Below, piece after piece: positions 1 to 17,029 of a DNA stretch of 64,000 bases. Below the pieces are notes generated by a model, which saw only the letters and a program-made list of their open reading frames with translations, searched no databases and was not told the DNA's origin. The stretch is from Lobosporangium transversale (taxonomy: Eukaryota), in assembly GCF_002105155.1 (NCBI RefSeq), contig NW_019028982.1, positions 682,001-746,000 on the forward strand, written 5' to 3'. Position 1 is the first letter of the stretch. The number at the start of each line of letters is the position of its first letter. The position numbers and the translations under genes are program-made.

Positions 1-3
1 GCT

Positions 4-2095
4 ATGACAAAGCCGGTGGAGTTTGTAGCCGGTTCTGAACCTGTCAGCATACCCATTCAAATATTATGCGATGCTTTGCTGGAAGCCAAAGTGAAGCAAG
101 TTCGAGATGGGCCTCCTGTCTTTGTTGCATCCACTTATGAAGCAGCAGAACAGGCGATGGAACTCTTTATAGAATATTACAAGGAAGTGAATAGGAGCAA
201 AGGCAAGGATAAGAATGGTAAAGAAGTTAGTGACGGCGCTCCAGGACCCGTAGGATTTGATACCGAGACCTCAACGTCATTAATCCCAAGGAGTGGGCAG
301 GATACATCCCTGGTCCAAATCGCGACACGCGACATCTGTTTGATGTTTCAGGTCTACAGGATTGCTACTGACCCACGCTCGCCTCAACGGTTTCCTCCTC
401 GGCTGAAAGCTTTTCTCGAAGATCCGAATCAGATCAAAGCCGGGGTCGGGGCCACCATGGATGGTGAGCACTTGAAAAGATTCTATGGCGTGAACTGTGC
501 GGGTATAGTCAGTCTGGAGGCCATGTCTGCTGAACGAAAACTTGCGCCTGTATCATTACAAGAATTGGATGCAATGTTTGGCCTTCCAGGACGTGAAGTT
601 GTGAAAACCAAGGCAGTCATAAAATGCAACTGGGATAAAAAGCAATTAGATCCAAGGTGGATTTGGTACGCAGCCAAGGATGCGTTTGCGGGCGCCATAA
701 TTTATGAAAATATGATGGCCAATAATGTCAGGAAAGACTATGTTCCATATAACGAGCAGTTTCCCTTGTCAGAAAAAGAGGAAAACGACGAGATTTTTTT
801 GCTCTTGGCGCGCTCATTAGGGAAGGGCAAGGTAAAGGAAAGAAAAAAAGCATTCATCCAGATCTTTAAGGAGTAACCATGCTAAATGCTAACTCACTCT
901 TCTATACACAAATTTTGGGAATTAAAAAAAAAAAAAAAAAAAAAAAAAGTCTGCACCACTCTTTGTTGTTCAAACCATCACCACTAATCACTATCCTCGA
1001 TTCCGCAAGCTTTATCATGTCGAAGAAAGGAAAGAACAAGCCATGAAACGTATTCAGATGCTGTTGGACGAAGGTCGGCTCCGATTAGCTGACGACAGCA
1101 AAAAGACTACTTCCGTATCTGAGTTGGGAAGCAACGATATCATTATAATTAAAGGACAGTCGATCTCTAGCATGATAACAACCCCTGAAGGCGTCGAAGT
1201 CCTTAAGCCATATTTCAACAATCCGCCATTGGATTCATCAGCAATAACTGGAAGCCAAACTATGCTCATAGATAACATCATTAGTAAAGATGGATTATCA
1301 TCTTCTGAAGCTTTTGGAGCTGTAGCTGCTTTGGACCTAGACCTAATGGATCTCAAATTATTCTTGAAAGGGGAGCGTCTTTGGGACCGTGAGCGAAGGC
1401 CCGGTAGTTTGGTTAATACCTATATCCATTTGAGGAACATGGCGAAAAAGGCAGAAGATTTGGTCGATGAGATAAGAGAAGTCGAGTCTGCGGACACGAA
1501 GAGCACATTTAATGGTAGCAACGACAACAACAACAACAACAACAACAGCAACAACAACGATAATAGACCCGATCCAATAGTGACAACAGAGACAAAAGAA
1601 CAGCTACTATCAGAGCCCGAGACGATAACCCCACAACGATCATCTGAAAAGGGTTTTACAGAAGAAGCAGCGATAGTTGAAGCAAGCGTAGCAAAAGAAG
1701 GAGAGCAAGAGGAAGAAGAGGGAGGAAGGGGAGGAGCAAAAGAGAAAAGAGCATTCTTAACGGAATCTAAAATGGTGGATCGCAAAATGAACAGCTTCCT
1801 TGCCGATTTTATCAGACGGCTCTTGGAGCGTGGAATTTTACATTGGGCCAGGGACGGCATAGTGGCCATATCGCCTGAGCTTGAGAAGAAATTGTTGGAT
1901 GCAGTTCCGTCACCACCTCCACAGGCGCTTGAGAATGTGGATTTAAACTCTAATCCAAACTCAACTTTAGATGGAGAAGACCAGGACCAGGATCAGAACG
2001 TTATATCAGAGCCGGGGTTATTCAACTCTCGGAATACTGAAGTAGAGTTGAAGACGGAGATAGTGGCTGATCAACCCAAAACAGAGTCCTCTTGA
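4..2095 (+). CDS. DnaQ-like DEDDy 3'-5' exonuclease (WRN-exo/EXD-like) with low-complexity C-terminal extension; exons 4-831, 950-2095
   Basis: ExoI GFDTET, LVQIA, KAGVG..D (ExoII), NWD...YAAKDA (ExoIII). A phase-0 GT..AG intron 832-949 joins ORF 4..876 in frame to ORF 1043..2095. The true start may lie upstream of the window. Confidence 0.8.
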
Positions 2096-2271
2096 ATGAT
2101 ATAACTTTTTAACCTTTTTTTTTTTTTTTTTTTTTTTTTTGCTTTTTATTCACGGAGCATATACTCATTATTTTTTCAAGAGTTTAAGTAGTTTGTATTA
2201 TCATTTCATTATTATTATTTTTTATTTGCACGACAATACATCATTAAAGAGCCCATAAACACCTCCCAACT

Positions 2272-2302
<31 letters not shown>

Positions 2303-2492
2303 GATAACAAGGACCCACGAGGTCATGTAGGATTACCTCCCAACTAGATAAACGCCTACTAATTATTATTTTTTTGCAAACCAGGACTCCTGACTTACAT
2401 GTATTAGTCACATGATCTCCTTTAGGTGATTCACGTGCCTGAATGATGCTACACAAGAATTATAGGCATCCTATTATACCCTCGTTTTATAT

Positions 2493-2564
2493 GGGGTTGT
2501 AGCTCAGTGGTAGAGCGCTCGCTTTGCATGCGAGAGGCCCGGAGTTCAAACCTCCGCTGCTCCA
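2493..2564 (+). tRNA. tRNA-Ala(UGC)
   Basis: 72-nt cloverleaf GGGGTTGTAGCTCAGTGGTAGAGC...; anticodon arm CTCGC-TTTGCAT-GCGAG; T arm CGGAG-TTCAAAC-CTCCG; G3:U70 alanine identity pair; T-run downstream. Confidence 0.95.
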
Positions 2565-2838
2565 TAGTTTTCATTTTGAAGATTAGATTATCATGATCCC
2601 CTTAAGGAATCAAGCTTTTTTTGGAATTTCAAAGTCAAATAAGCTTTTTTTCCTTTTTCCTTTGTTCTCTTATCTTTCTTTGTTTAACCTTACCTGTCTG
2701 CCTGTCTGCCTTGTCGAATCCTGTCTGCCAGTTCGCCAGTCTGTCGTGTAACTTTGGATATTTTGCAGATTTGAACATTTTGCTCCTTATACATACTATC
2801 TACAGAACTACAGGTTATCCGTCTAGGGTTTCTTTCCG

Positions 2839-3108
2839 ATGTCATCTGCAACAGTGACCGTCACCACAGCGATGTCTGTGAGCACAACATCTGAAACTAC
2901 AAATGACGCCGGCAATACCAATGTTGTTGAAACAACTAACGCTACTGCAACTACAACTACAGCAAGAATAGATGATGTGAACGCCATTAAGACGACTATT
3001 ACTACAAAAGCAAAAGTTTCAACCACAGGGCCTGTTAGGCATTCTGTTCGAGTCGTGCAGCAGCAGAGGATCTTTTCTCCTTATCCACTACCTAAGAAGG
3101 ATACGTAG
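2839..3108 (+). CDS. Possible small Thr-rich protein (89 aa), unknown function
   Basis: ATG-initiated ORF with coding-like composition after a pyrimidine-rich leader, ending RIFSPYPLPKKDT. No recognisable domain. Confidence 0.25.
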   Translation: MSSATVTVTTAMSVSTTSETTNDAGNTNVVETTNATATTTTARIDDVNAIKTTITTKAKVSTTGPVRHSVRVVQQQRIFSPYPLPKKDT

Positions 3109-3374
3109 TGGCCAAAACCGATAGGATCTTAATAGCAAGACCCTCCCCAAGGCCTCCTTACTGCCTACCACATTCCTGATGGTAAACATGAATACAATAT
3201 GAATATAATATTATGAGATTTTATGATTGCACACACACAAAAGAAAAAAAGATGATAATAGCATAGCATTTGAGTATATCTTTATCCTTTATCTTTTAAC
3301 TTTTATCCTTTTATGGATGCTGACTGAATAAACCCATGAACCCAATTCTGTTCACATTCTAACGTGTTTAAAGC

Positions 3375-3406
<32 letters not shown>

Positions 3407-4629
3407 CGCCACCATTCAATGTCATGTCATTATAATATTTGCTGTTATTGCGGACTAGGTTGCTTTTAACAAGACACTTTCCTGAATCAAAGCACCAAAG
3501 ACAGAAATCATCGTATTTCCAAGTTGTCGAGGCACAGCATGGGAAATCGAATCGTGGTAGGTCAGGTCAGGGGAGAACGCGTCTAACTTTGGAGGCCTTT
3601 GACTATAGGATGTACATGGCTTTTGACTTCGCTGTTGGCCCGTTAAAAGTGGTACAGAGCTTGTGGTTTTTTATGTGTTGCACTATACGCTTCGACCACT
3701 TTACACCGATGCCATATTTCGTACGATCGCGTGCCCTGTCAGTTGAGAACACTAGAAGGCATGCATGTTTTTTTCGTAGTGTGTAAACAATTCATGCCAA
3801 GTGGGATATTACATTCAAAATTGAGGGAGAGAAGGGAGACAAAGGACAAAGAAGGAAGGAGAGAAGGAGGAGATGTAGGGTTGCATTGACAAGGAGAGTA
3901 TTGGGAAGCTATGCTTTTCAGTACTCTGGGAAAAAAAAATCCCATTCATCCCATGCCATGCCATGCCATGCAACTCAGGCACGATATAGTCTCAGAAAAC
4001 AGGATATGGAAGGAGAGCACATGTGCATGACATTTGGGGGTTTGGTCAAAAATATTGAAATTTGTGTCAGCCAGTGGACAGAGTCGTCTGTCCATGTAGA
4101 CCTCATTCCCTGGTGAAATGCATGTGCCCATGTGTTCAAGAATAAAAAACACATTTCTTTCATTCCTTTCATTCCTCTCTTTTTCAATCCTTTATTATCA
4201 TTCATACTCACATTCACACTTCCACCTTTCTTCCTTTCGTAATACTTAACATTCCAATTGTGTCTTCATCTTGCTTGGCTTCACAGCTATTTAGTTCTGA
4301 TCTTTTTCTTCTTTTTTATCTTGTCTGCCTTGTCGTTCATGTATCTACGATCTCGTTCAAGTGTCAACTATCATCAAGTGTACACACATCAGTAAACACT
4401 TTTACTCTTTTATCCTCCTCCTTCATCATTGTCGCTCTGTCTTTATTGCCTGTACACACCAATAAGGACTCTTTGTATCTCCTTGACCTGTTTGCAGCTT
4501 TCTTTCTTTCCTTCCTTCCTTCCTTCTTTCTTCCTTCCTTCCTTTCTTCCTTCTTTCCTTTTTTTCTTTCCTCATATCTTTTTCAGACCCTTACCATTTC
4601 AAACACGCACCCACCAGAAGCAAAGAGCA

Positions 4630-6543
4630 ATGAATTTTGATTTCCCACTGATCCCTCTTTTACCCCTTCCCATCACCTTGGTGCCTGCCTCCACTTTTGC
4701 TGCACTCGAACATAATCAAAATCAAATCCAACAGGCATTCGCCTCCTCCGTGTCTATCGGCATTCCTTCCAAGAACTCGACTGGTCCTTATTTGAGTAAT
4801 TCGACTAGTTCCTCTCTTTCCTCCTCCTCCTCCTCATCCACAACTGGTACTTCTACTTCATGCCTCGCCACCAATAATGGTACTTCGCCTCTTTCAGACC
4901 AAGAACGATTAGGCGCTATTGTCGATGCCCTAGGTCAAGCGTCTGCCAAAGTAAAGTTTACTTTTTTATTTCCTCCCGAAGAAAGAAAGAAAAAAAAAAA
5001 GGGATAATTGAGCTTTGATCCTCACATTCGCTTTTTTTTCTTTTTCTTTTTAAAACTTAGGCTCAAGAATTGCCGACGTCAATCACACAGACCGTAAGAC
5101 TGGCAAAGAACCCCACACAGCGCGTGTATATCCTTCGAACTGGCTTGGACAGTGGTGAGGATCAATGGTTGGATCAACTCGAAATTGGATCACCACTGAT
5201 GACTGAATCCATTCGAAGGAGTCTCTATGATTTCCATGGCTCCTCTAACTCGATTACAGACTCTCCACAGGAAGATGCATCCAAGAAAAGCACATTAAGT
5301 CGTAGTGAGGAAAGGGGTGTTTATGTTGCAGGGATGCTCAAGATGGGTGAGAAGAAGTTATTCATCGTGGTAAGTCTTTTTTTTATCCCGTGTTTCCATC
5401 TCCTCTCTTCCTTCTCTTACATGTACAATGAACTCACTCTAATTTCTTCTTGGCCTCTGCGCATTTCCCGTGTTTTTTTTTTGTTTTTTGCCACTGTAGG
5501 ACAAGTTTGGCACGATGCATGAGCAAGTGGTGTGCTGCGTCCTTGACTTTTATGTTGATGCATCTTGCCAACGCCGAGGTTTTGGGAAGCTTCTCTTTGA
5601 CTACATGCTTAAGGTAAATAATAATTAAAAAAAAAAATAGTTTATTTTTGTCACATTAGTTTTTTTTACGTTTTTGAGCGAGCCATCTACCCCATAGACC
5701 TATTTCCATTGGGGGCTGGGGGTCCATGCAGTTATTTTTTATTATTTTATTTTAATTTTCAAAATCTCTAATTTCTCCCGTATCCCGCGATCCCGCTTTC
5801 GGATTTCTACTTTCTGCACACTTTTTGTAATTAACAATTTACTTTTATTCAATTTCTATTTCAAGGTTGAAGATATCGAGCCGACTCAAATTGCATATGA
5901 TCGACCAAGCCCAAAGCTGTTCCGCTTCCTAAGCAAGCACTTTCAGCTTCAACGACATTTGCCTCAGCCTAATATGTTTGCAATCTTTGAAGGATTCAAG
6001 CTGGAGGACTGCAATGATACCATCCAAGTAGATGACAATGACTTTATACTCGGCTCCATTTCATCCCCCACTGACAACAGTAACAGCAACTTCAATCATA
6101 ATACTAGCGTTAATACCCATCATACCACCAATAACTCAAGTAACCCCACCACTAACAAGACAGGACCCTTTGTGTCTCGCGCATTACAGTCTTCTGTAGT
6201 GTTTAACTCCGACCATCATCATAACACTACCTCGGACCAGCAACCCAGTAAACGAACATCCTCTGCATTTTCATCCTCTATATCTTTGGCCAGTCCGGTT
6301 TTGGGAGCAGCGAATGTTCAAAACGGTGTTGGAACAGGAGGATCTGTCTCTATAGTAACATCATCGAATGGTTCATCACGGAACAATAATAGTAATAACA
6401 CTGCAACAGTCACTAGCCCTCAATCACCTAATATGACACGATCTCAACTTGGTGGGAATAGTTCTGGAGGAACTGGCAAGATGTCTAGGCTTTTGGCATC
6501 ATCGATCGTATTTGCAGATCCTGCAGTGTCATCGTATAATTGA
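4630..6543 (+). CDS. ATAT1: Alpha-tubulin N-acetyltransferase (ATAT1/MEC-17 family); exons 4630-4950, 5061-5369, 5500-5613, 5866-6543 (473 aa)
   Basis: Spliced protein reads MNFDFPL...IVDALGQASAK|AQELPTSIT...VYILR...GMLKMGEKKLFIV|DKFG...CCVLDFYVDASCQRRGFGKLLFDYMLK|VEDIEPTQIAYDRPSPKLFRFLSKHF...PQPNMFAIFEGF, colinear with the animal alphaTAT1 catalytic domain. All three introns are phase-0 GT-AG. Confidence 0.95.
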
Positions 6544-6774
6544 ATTGATTGAATCAGAATAATGTAGCAGTAGGCACCACCTCAATAAATGTAAAAGTAA
6601 AATGGGACTTTCATTCGCTAAACTTTTATACACCATGTACATGTACTGATATTCAGATATCTAGATCACACTTTCTTTGTTGGAGCAAAAATGGTTTATC
6701 TTTATTGTGTAACCATTTAAACTATGTAGGTATTCCATCCAATAAAGAATGTTCAATTTCGCTCTGTCAAACGA

Positions 6775-6815
<41 letters not shown>

Positions 6816-7495
6816 AAGGAGTCCTCTTGAGGCGAGCCGCGTTGAAGTTAAAAGTCAATGGAATCGGTAGGAGGGGTTATCAGTATCGTCTAATATATCG
6901 GCCCTGTCAGACTGTCAGAGGAGGTAGTGGTGGAGGAGGTGAAGCAGGAACATATCATACCCAGACTTTATGACTGGACATGAAGAAGAGCGCAGGCTCG
7001 GAACATCAGAAAGATACAAGCTTGTAGAATGCAAATGTGTAGTGCTGCAGTTGTAAATAAAACGCGTTCATTAAACTTAAAAAAAAATAAAAAAATAAAA
7101 AAATAAAAAAATAAAAAAATAAAAAAATAAAATAAAAAAACATATAAATGTCTTGAATATCGAACTGACATCGACTATTGATCAGTCCCATGGCTGTGAT
7201 GTATGGATGAATAGGGAGACAAAGGTACATGAACTTCATCCCACCAGCATAATAACAGCTATCCTCATCATCATCCTCATTGTCTTCCTCATCATCTTGC
7301 TCATGTCCAACAGTTTCAAGAACAGGAATAGTTGTACAGCGCTGTATAGTTAATTAACAAACCAATAAAAAAAAAAAATAATAGAAAATAAAAAAAATAA
7401 AAAATAAAAAAAAAATGAGGGTAACTACTTGAGTGGCACACCAACCATCGTATCCCATCACAAACAAAAGTAATAATAATAATAATATATAATCA

Positions 7496-12969
<5,474 letters not shown>

Positions 12970-14156
12970 GACGAATAGATTTGTCTGAAAGGGAGGAAAG
13001 ACAAGAAAAGAAAAGAAAAAGACGTGAAATGGGAAAAGAAAGAAAAAAAAAAAAAAGATGGGGGAAGGAAAGAAAGGAAAGGGGGTTTTGCTTTTTTTTC
13101 TTTTTTCTTTTTCATTTGCGTTGTATCAAAAAAAAAGAAAAAGAAAAAAAAAAAAAAAAGAGCGATGGACAGACGTGGTTTTCTAAGAGTACAATTGAAC
13201 ATGCACATGCACAAGCAAATGCACTTGCACTGAAGAAAGTAATTTGAGAGGAAGAATCTTTTGAATGGCAAATCGTTTTGTTTCTTTGACTCCACGCGTT
13301 TTTTTTTTTTTCTTCCTTCTTCTTTTCTTTCTTCCTTCTTTTCTTCCTTTCTTCTTTTCTTCCTTTGTTGCAAAAGGGGAGAATAGGGATGTTTAAAGGG
13401 ACGATAGAAAGAGACGTAACGGACGCCATAACCGAGATAAAGCCCTTGAAACAAATGCATTGACGCACAAATACCAACCGTTGCATCATTCCATCATTCT
13501 CTCTCTCTCTCTCTCTCTCTGTCTTCTCTTTTCTTTTTCTCATCTGATATTCTCCTTAGTTTCCTATTCTGTCATGTCCAATGGTCTCAATGATCCGTAG
13601 ATCCATTCCCTAATACTCCAATGGTTATTATACTCTCCTGTCTCATTCCTTTTACAATGATGGCAACTCATGATATTACTCTACCCTTCTTATTCCTCTT
13701 ATTCCTCTTCCTCCTCTTCCTCCTCTTCCTCCTCTTCCTCCTCTTCCTCCCCCTTCTTCTTTTTTACACGATTAAGAAGCAAATGCTACTGGAAGCAAAC
13801 ACCTTCTCAACTTATGCTCACTATCTACATTAGATCACACATGCAGACAAACGCATTGTGCCTACGCATAAAATGATCTCTGACACCCTAGAGATTAAAC
13901 GCGACGGCACAATAAAGCCTGGACAAGTCCTTTCTTTGAACATCCAAGTTGTCAAAACATGCCCAAGTTCATGTAGTTATGACATGTAAACATCCCCCTT
14001 TTTTTAGTCTTTATTCTAAACTTTGTAACGCGTCTAGCCTTTCTCACCATAAAAAACTACAACATCACGATCTTCGAAAAAATCTTAAGCATGTACTATA
14101 TAGCATTATATACTACATTCATTCTCTTTTTATGAAGGCTTTACCAACAAGCATTC

Positions 14157-14930
14157 TTATCCTAAATACCTAAATACGTTCCTCAATGCACGGAACATTC
14201 GTCTATCTTCTGATCCTAGTGTCTCACTTAATCGCCTCTTGCCTCGCTCGAGCCACTGCTCAACGAACTGATCATACAGTATGACCCGCTTAAGCTTGGC
14301 GTTAGAGATGCCTTGATTTGGATCCACTTCCACTATCCGTGGAAGTACCTCTAGCGACATCGACAGCATTAATGGGTCCTTCGCAAGGTCTTGTAGACTG
14401 GGAACCATTTTGAGTGCACTTTGGTAACCCTTTACTTGCCACGGTGGGTCCATATTGGTGACATATTGCTCGATATAATCACCAACCCAAGCCCCCAGGG
14501 AACGGTATAATCACAGCCCCTTGAAACAACCCAGAATCTGCTCGGTGATTGCGATCCATAGGTTGGAAGCGATCTCGGTAGTCCAATTCAAGGTACTCAC
14601 TACGACAACTGGTCGCCATCTAAGCCCTCCATTCTCTAGGCTTATTCAGTCGGTTGGTAACATACAGATTGTTAGTCTACATGCTCTCATCGTATCCATC
14701 ATAGATCAAGACAAATGACCGATTCATCTTCAGTCCCTTGATCTGTGCGCTCGTAAAGCCATAGTGTCGCAACTGCTTTGCCACCAGTTCCTTCTCTGGC
14801 TTGTCGATGGCTGGAAGATTGATAAGTAGTAGGACCTGACCATGTCTTTTATGGTATACATACCAGGGTGTGCGTTCCAGAGCGTGATTGAATGTGGACT
14901 TGCCTGCTCCTGAATCTCTTTGGACGAGCG
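14157..14930 (-). pseudogene. Decayed NACHT NTPase (fungal NLR-like) fragment
   Basis: Minus strand reads RDSGAGKSTFNHALE (Walker A)...INLPAIDKPEKELVAKQL...FVLIYDGYDES (Walker B)M*TNNLYVTNRLN...WRA*MATSCRSEYL...; TAG stops at 14677-14679 and 14620-14622; frameshift near 14480-14500; then DYIEQYV...DLAKDPLMLSMSLEVLP...LYDQFVEQWLERGKRRL; truncated afterwards. Confidence 0.85.
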
Positions 14931-14944
14931 TTTGCAGCTGAGGC

Positions 14945-15456
14945 TATAGCGGCACTCCATCTCCACCAAGGGGGAATAAAAACGTATTGCCATCCGTTTC
15001 CGTAGCCACGGAGAGAAAAAAGTCAGGGTCCCCTCGATCGCTTCGTCGTCCAGCTAATTCTTTCCACGAAGTGACATCAAAGAACGGAGAGTGATGTTCA
15101 CCTCAACATTGTAGTCCGCATGGAAGACCTTTTCATAAACCTTGGCTTCCACAGTCAGAATACCATATTGCCAATCCACAAAAGAGACATTGACGCTACG
15201 TACGACATTTCTGACCGATTTTTGCATCCACCCGAGATTCTCGCCAAATTTCTTGTTATTAGATCACCTTATGAATTAATGGTGATCGAAGGGCTTCACA
15301 TAGCCGTTCTGTCGTCGGGAACATATCAACAGCGTAGATGTCCTTTGAATTGACTACTTTCAGGTCCGTAACTCTATCCCCGACATGGAGCTGAATTATG
15401 GTAGCTTTACTTGTCTCGACTACGGGGGGTAAATGAGACAATGGCACCGTAGACAA
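14945..15456 (-). pseudogene. Decayed fragment resembling the N-terminal part of a Ulp1/C48 (SUMO-protease-like) domain
   Basis: Minus strand ...NITLRSLMSLRGKN*LDDEAIEGTLTFF, then after a frameshift RGYGNGWQYVFIPP. Resembles the L..L....WL(N/D)D..I motif of C48 proteases with W mutated to TAG (15054-15056). No catalytic His/Asp/Cys part is visible. Confidence 0.45.
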
Positions 15457-15826
15457 TGTGAAAAGGTCGTCCTTCGTAAACCATTCAGTAAACCAATTTT
15501 TTTTTTCCCTTCATCCTCGCTCAAATCCTCGCTCAGGCCACTGAGCTTCGCAACGCCCTTTCCCTTCACATCACTCTTTTCCTTTCACTGCCTTCGATGC
15601 AATAAAATAATCGAGCAGACTCAGTTTAACCTCTTCAGTGTTGGCTTCTTGAGGACCTTTAGCAGTACCAGCATCTTGAGCATGTTTATATTTTTTAATC
15701 TTTGACCTTTTCAATTACAAGACACTTATTAAGAAAATCATTCATACTTAAAAAGTCATAATCAAAAGAGCGACAAATTTGGATCCTTACTTCTTTGCTT
15801 CGAAAGGATTAGAGAAATAGCAGAGG

Positions 15827-15859
<33 letters not shown>

Positions 15860-16580
15860 GCTGAGGAAGAAGGTAATGATGAATAGTAAGTGTTGCTAGA
15901 TGCGCTAGAAAAGTGGAGACCAATAAAGGGTGGACATTAGTGTATTGTGATGATATGAGCTTGATATATGGTTTTTTACTGATTGATTTTTTTTACTGAT
16001 GAATTTTTACTGACCTTTTTTTTCTTCTTCCTTGACATGCAATCGACGGTTGTTTTCTATCAATAGAAAGCACAGAGAACTGGATCTGATCTGCCCATAA
16101 ATTGATAGAAGCTAAATGGACAAATTTGTCCGGTTTTCAGTCCGAGGGATAAACCAAGTGATTGGACCCAAAGAAGTACCAAGATCTTGATCTTGGCCTG
16201 GCGCCACTGGCCTGTAAATGTCTTTTTTATTTTTGTATAGACGGATTGAACTATTGAAGAATTTAGAAAAAAAAACCCCCCATCAATTATATCATCATAT
16301 ATTATTAGCACTGCCACTAAAAAAAAGAACGCGTATGAAATCTCAAGCATTTCGCATAGCACAGACCATGTCTCAATTCCTTAATGGGCATGTTTCTCAA
16401 CGCGCATATTCTACGACTTTTAGTGAATGCTCAATCAATTTAATCCTGCACATGTATCAATGGAACCCCATCAATGAAGCCTGGCTATATAATGGGGGGC
16501 TATGGACGACGTTCGAAGGAAGGCCATCATTGGGATCTTGGAAAAAAAAATACATCTATTCAAACTATTTCAGGTCCGTG

Positions 16581-16613
<33 letters not shown>

Positions 16614-16949
16614 CGTGTAATATCTCGCGCCATGACTTAGCACACAGCCACGGATCCTTACGACTTGAGTAAGTAGACGATCCGCAAGATCGTGGCCTCA
16701 CCATGGTCGGCTCTTGTAAATAAATAAATAAAATTATGTAGCTTAAAAAATAAAAAATAAAAAATAAAATAAAGGGGATGAAATTACTTGGGTGTAAACG
16801 TAGCGTACCTTTTACCTTTGCATGGGTCTAGCATTTTGCACAGGGCTTAGTGAGGTAAAAGAGAGTAAAAGGCTTGAATTCAGCAACCACCAATCACAAC
16901 AGTGCCAAAGGAAAAAAAATGCTCCGTGATGGAGCAAAAAAAGGAATAG

Positions 16950-17029
16950 TGACGACAGTGGGATTTGAACCCACGCTCTTTCGAACCAGATCCTGATTCT
17001 GGCGCCTTAACCAACTCGGCCATATCGCC
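16950..17029 (-). tRNA. tRNA-Leu(CAG)
   Basis: 80 nt: GGCGATA acceptor, D arm GCCG-AGTTGGTTA-AGGC, anticodon arm CCAGA-ATCAGGA-TCTGG, long variable arm TTC-GAAA-GAG, T arm GTGGG-TTCAAAT-CCCAC, discriminator A; T7 run downstream. Confidence 0.93.

Noticed and set aside
14620..15056. All three pseudogene stops look like CpA-to-TpA (RIP-like) changes
   Set aside because: Any transition creating TAG from a sense codon is necessarily CpA-to-TpA on one strand, so this is ascertainment bias.
16630..16706. SECIS element
   Set aside because: The core quartet and helix II pair poorly, and no upstream gene with an in-frame UGA is present.
16912..16942. Hairpin GCTCC-GTGAT-GGAGC flanked by A-runs, resembling a bacterial intrinsic terminator
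   Set aside because: Very short stem lying just past the tRNA's Pol III T-run; not evidence of bacterial DNA.
16950..17029. tRNA(CAG) as a sign of CUG codon reassignment
   Set aside because: It has A73, U33, G37 and a leucine-type arm. Only A32 is atypical, and CTG codons fall at conserved Leu positions in the genes.
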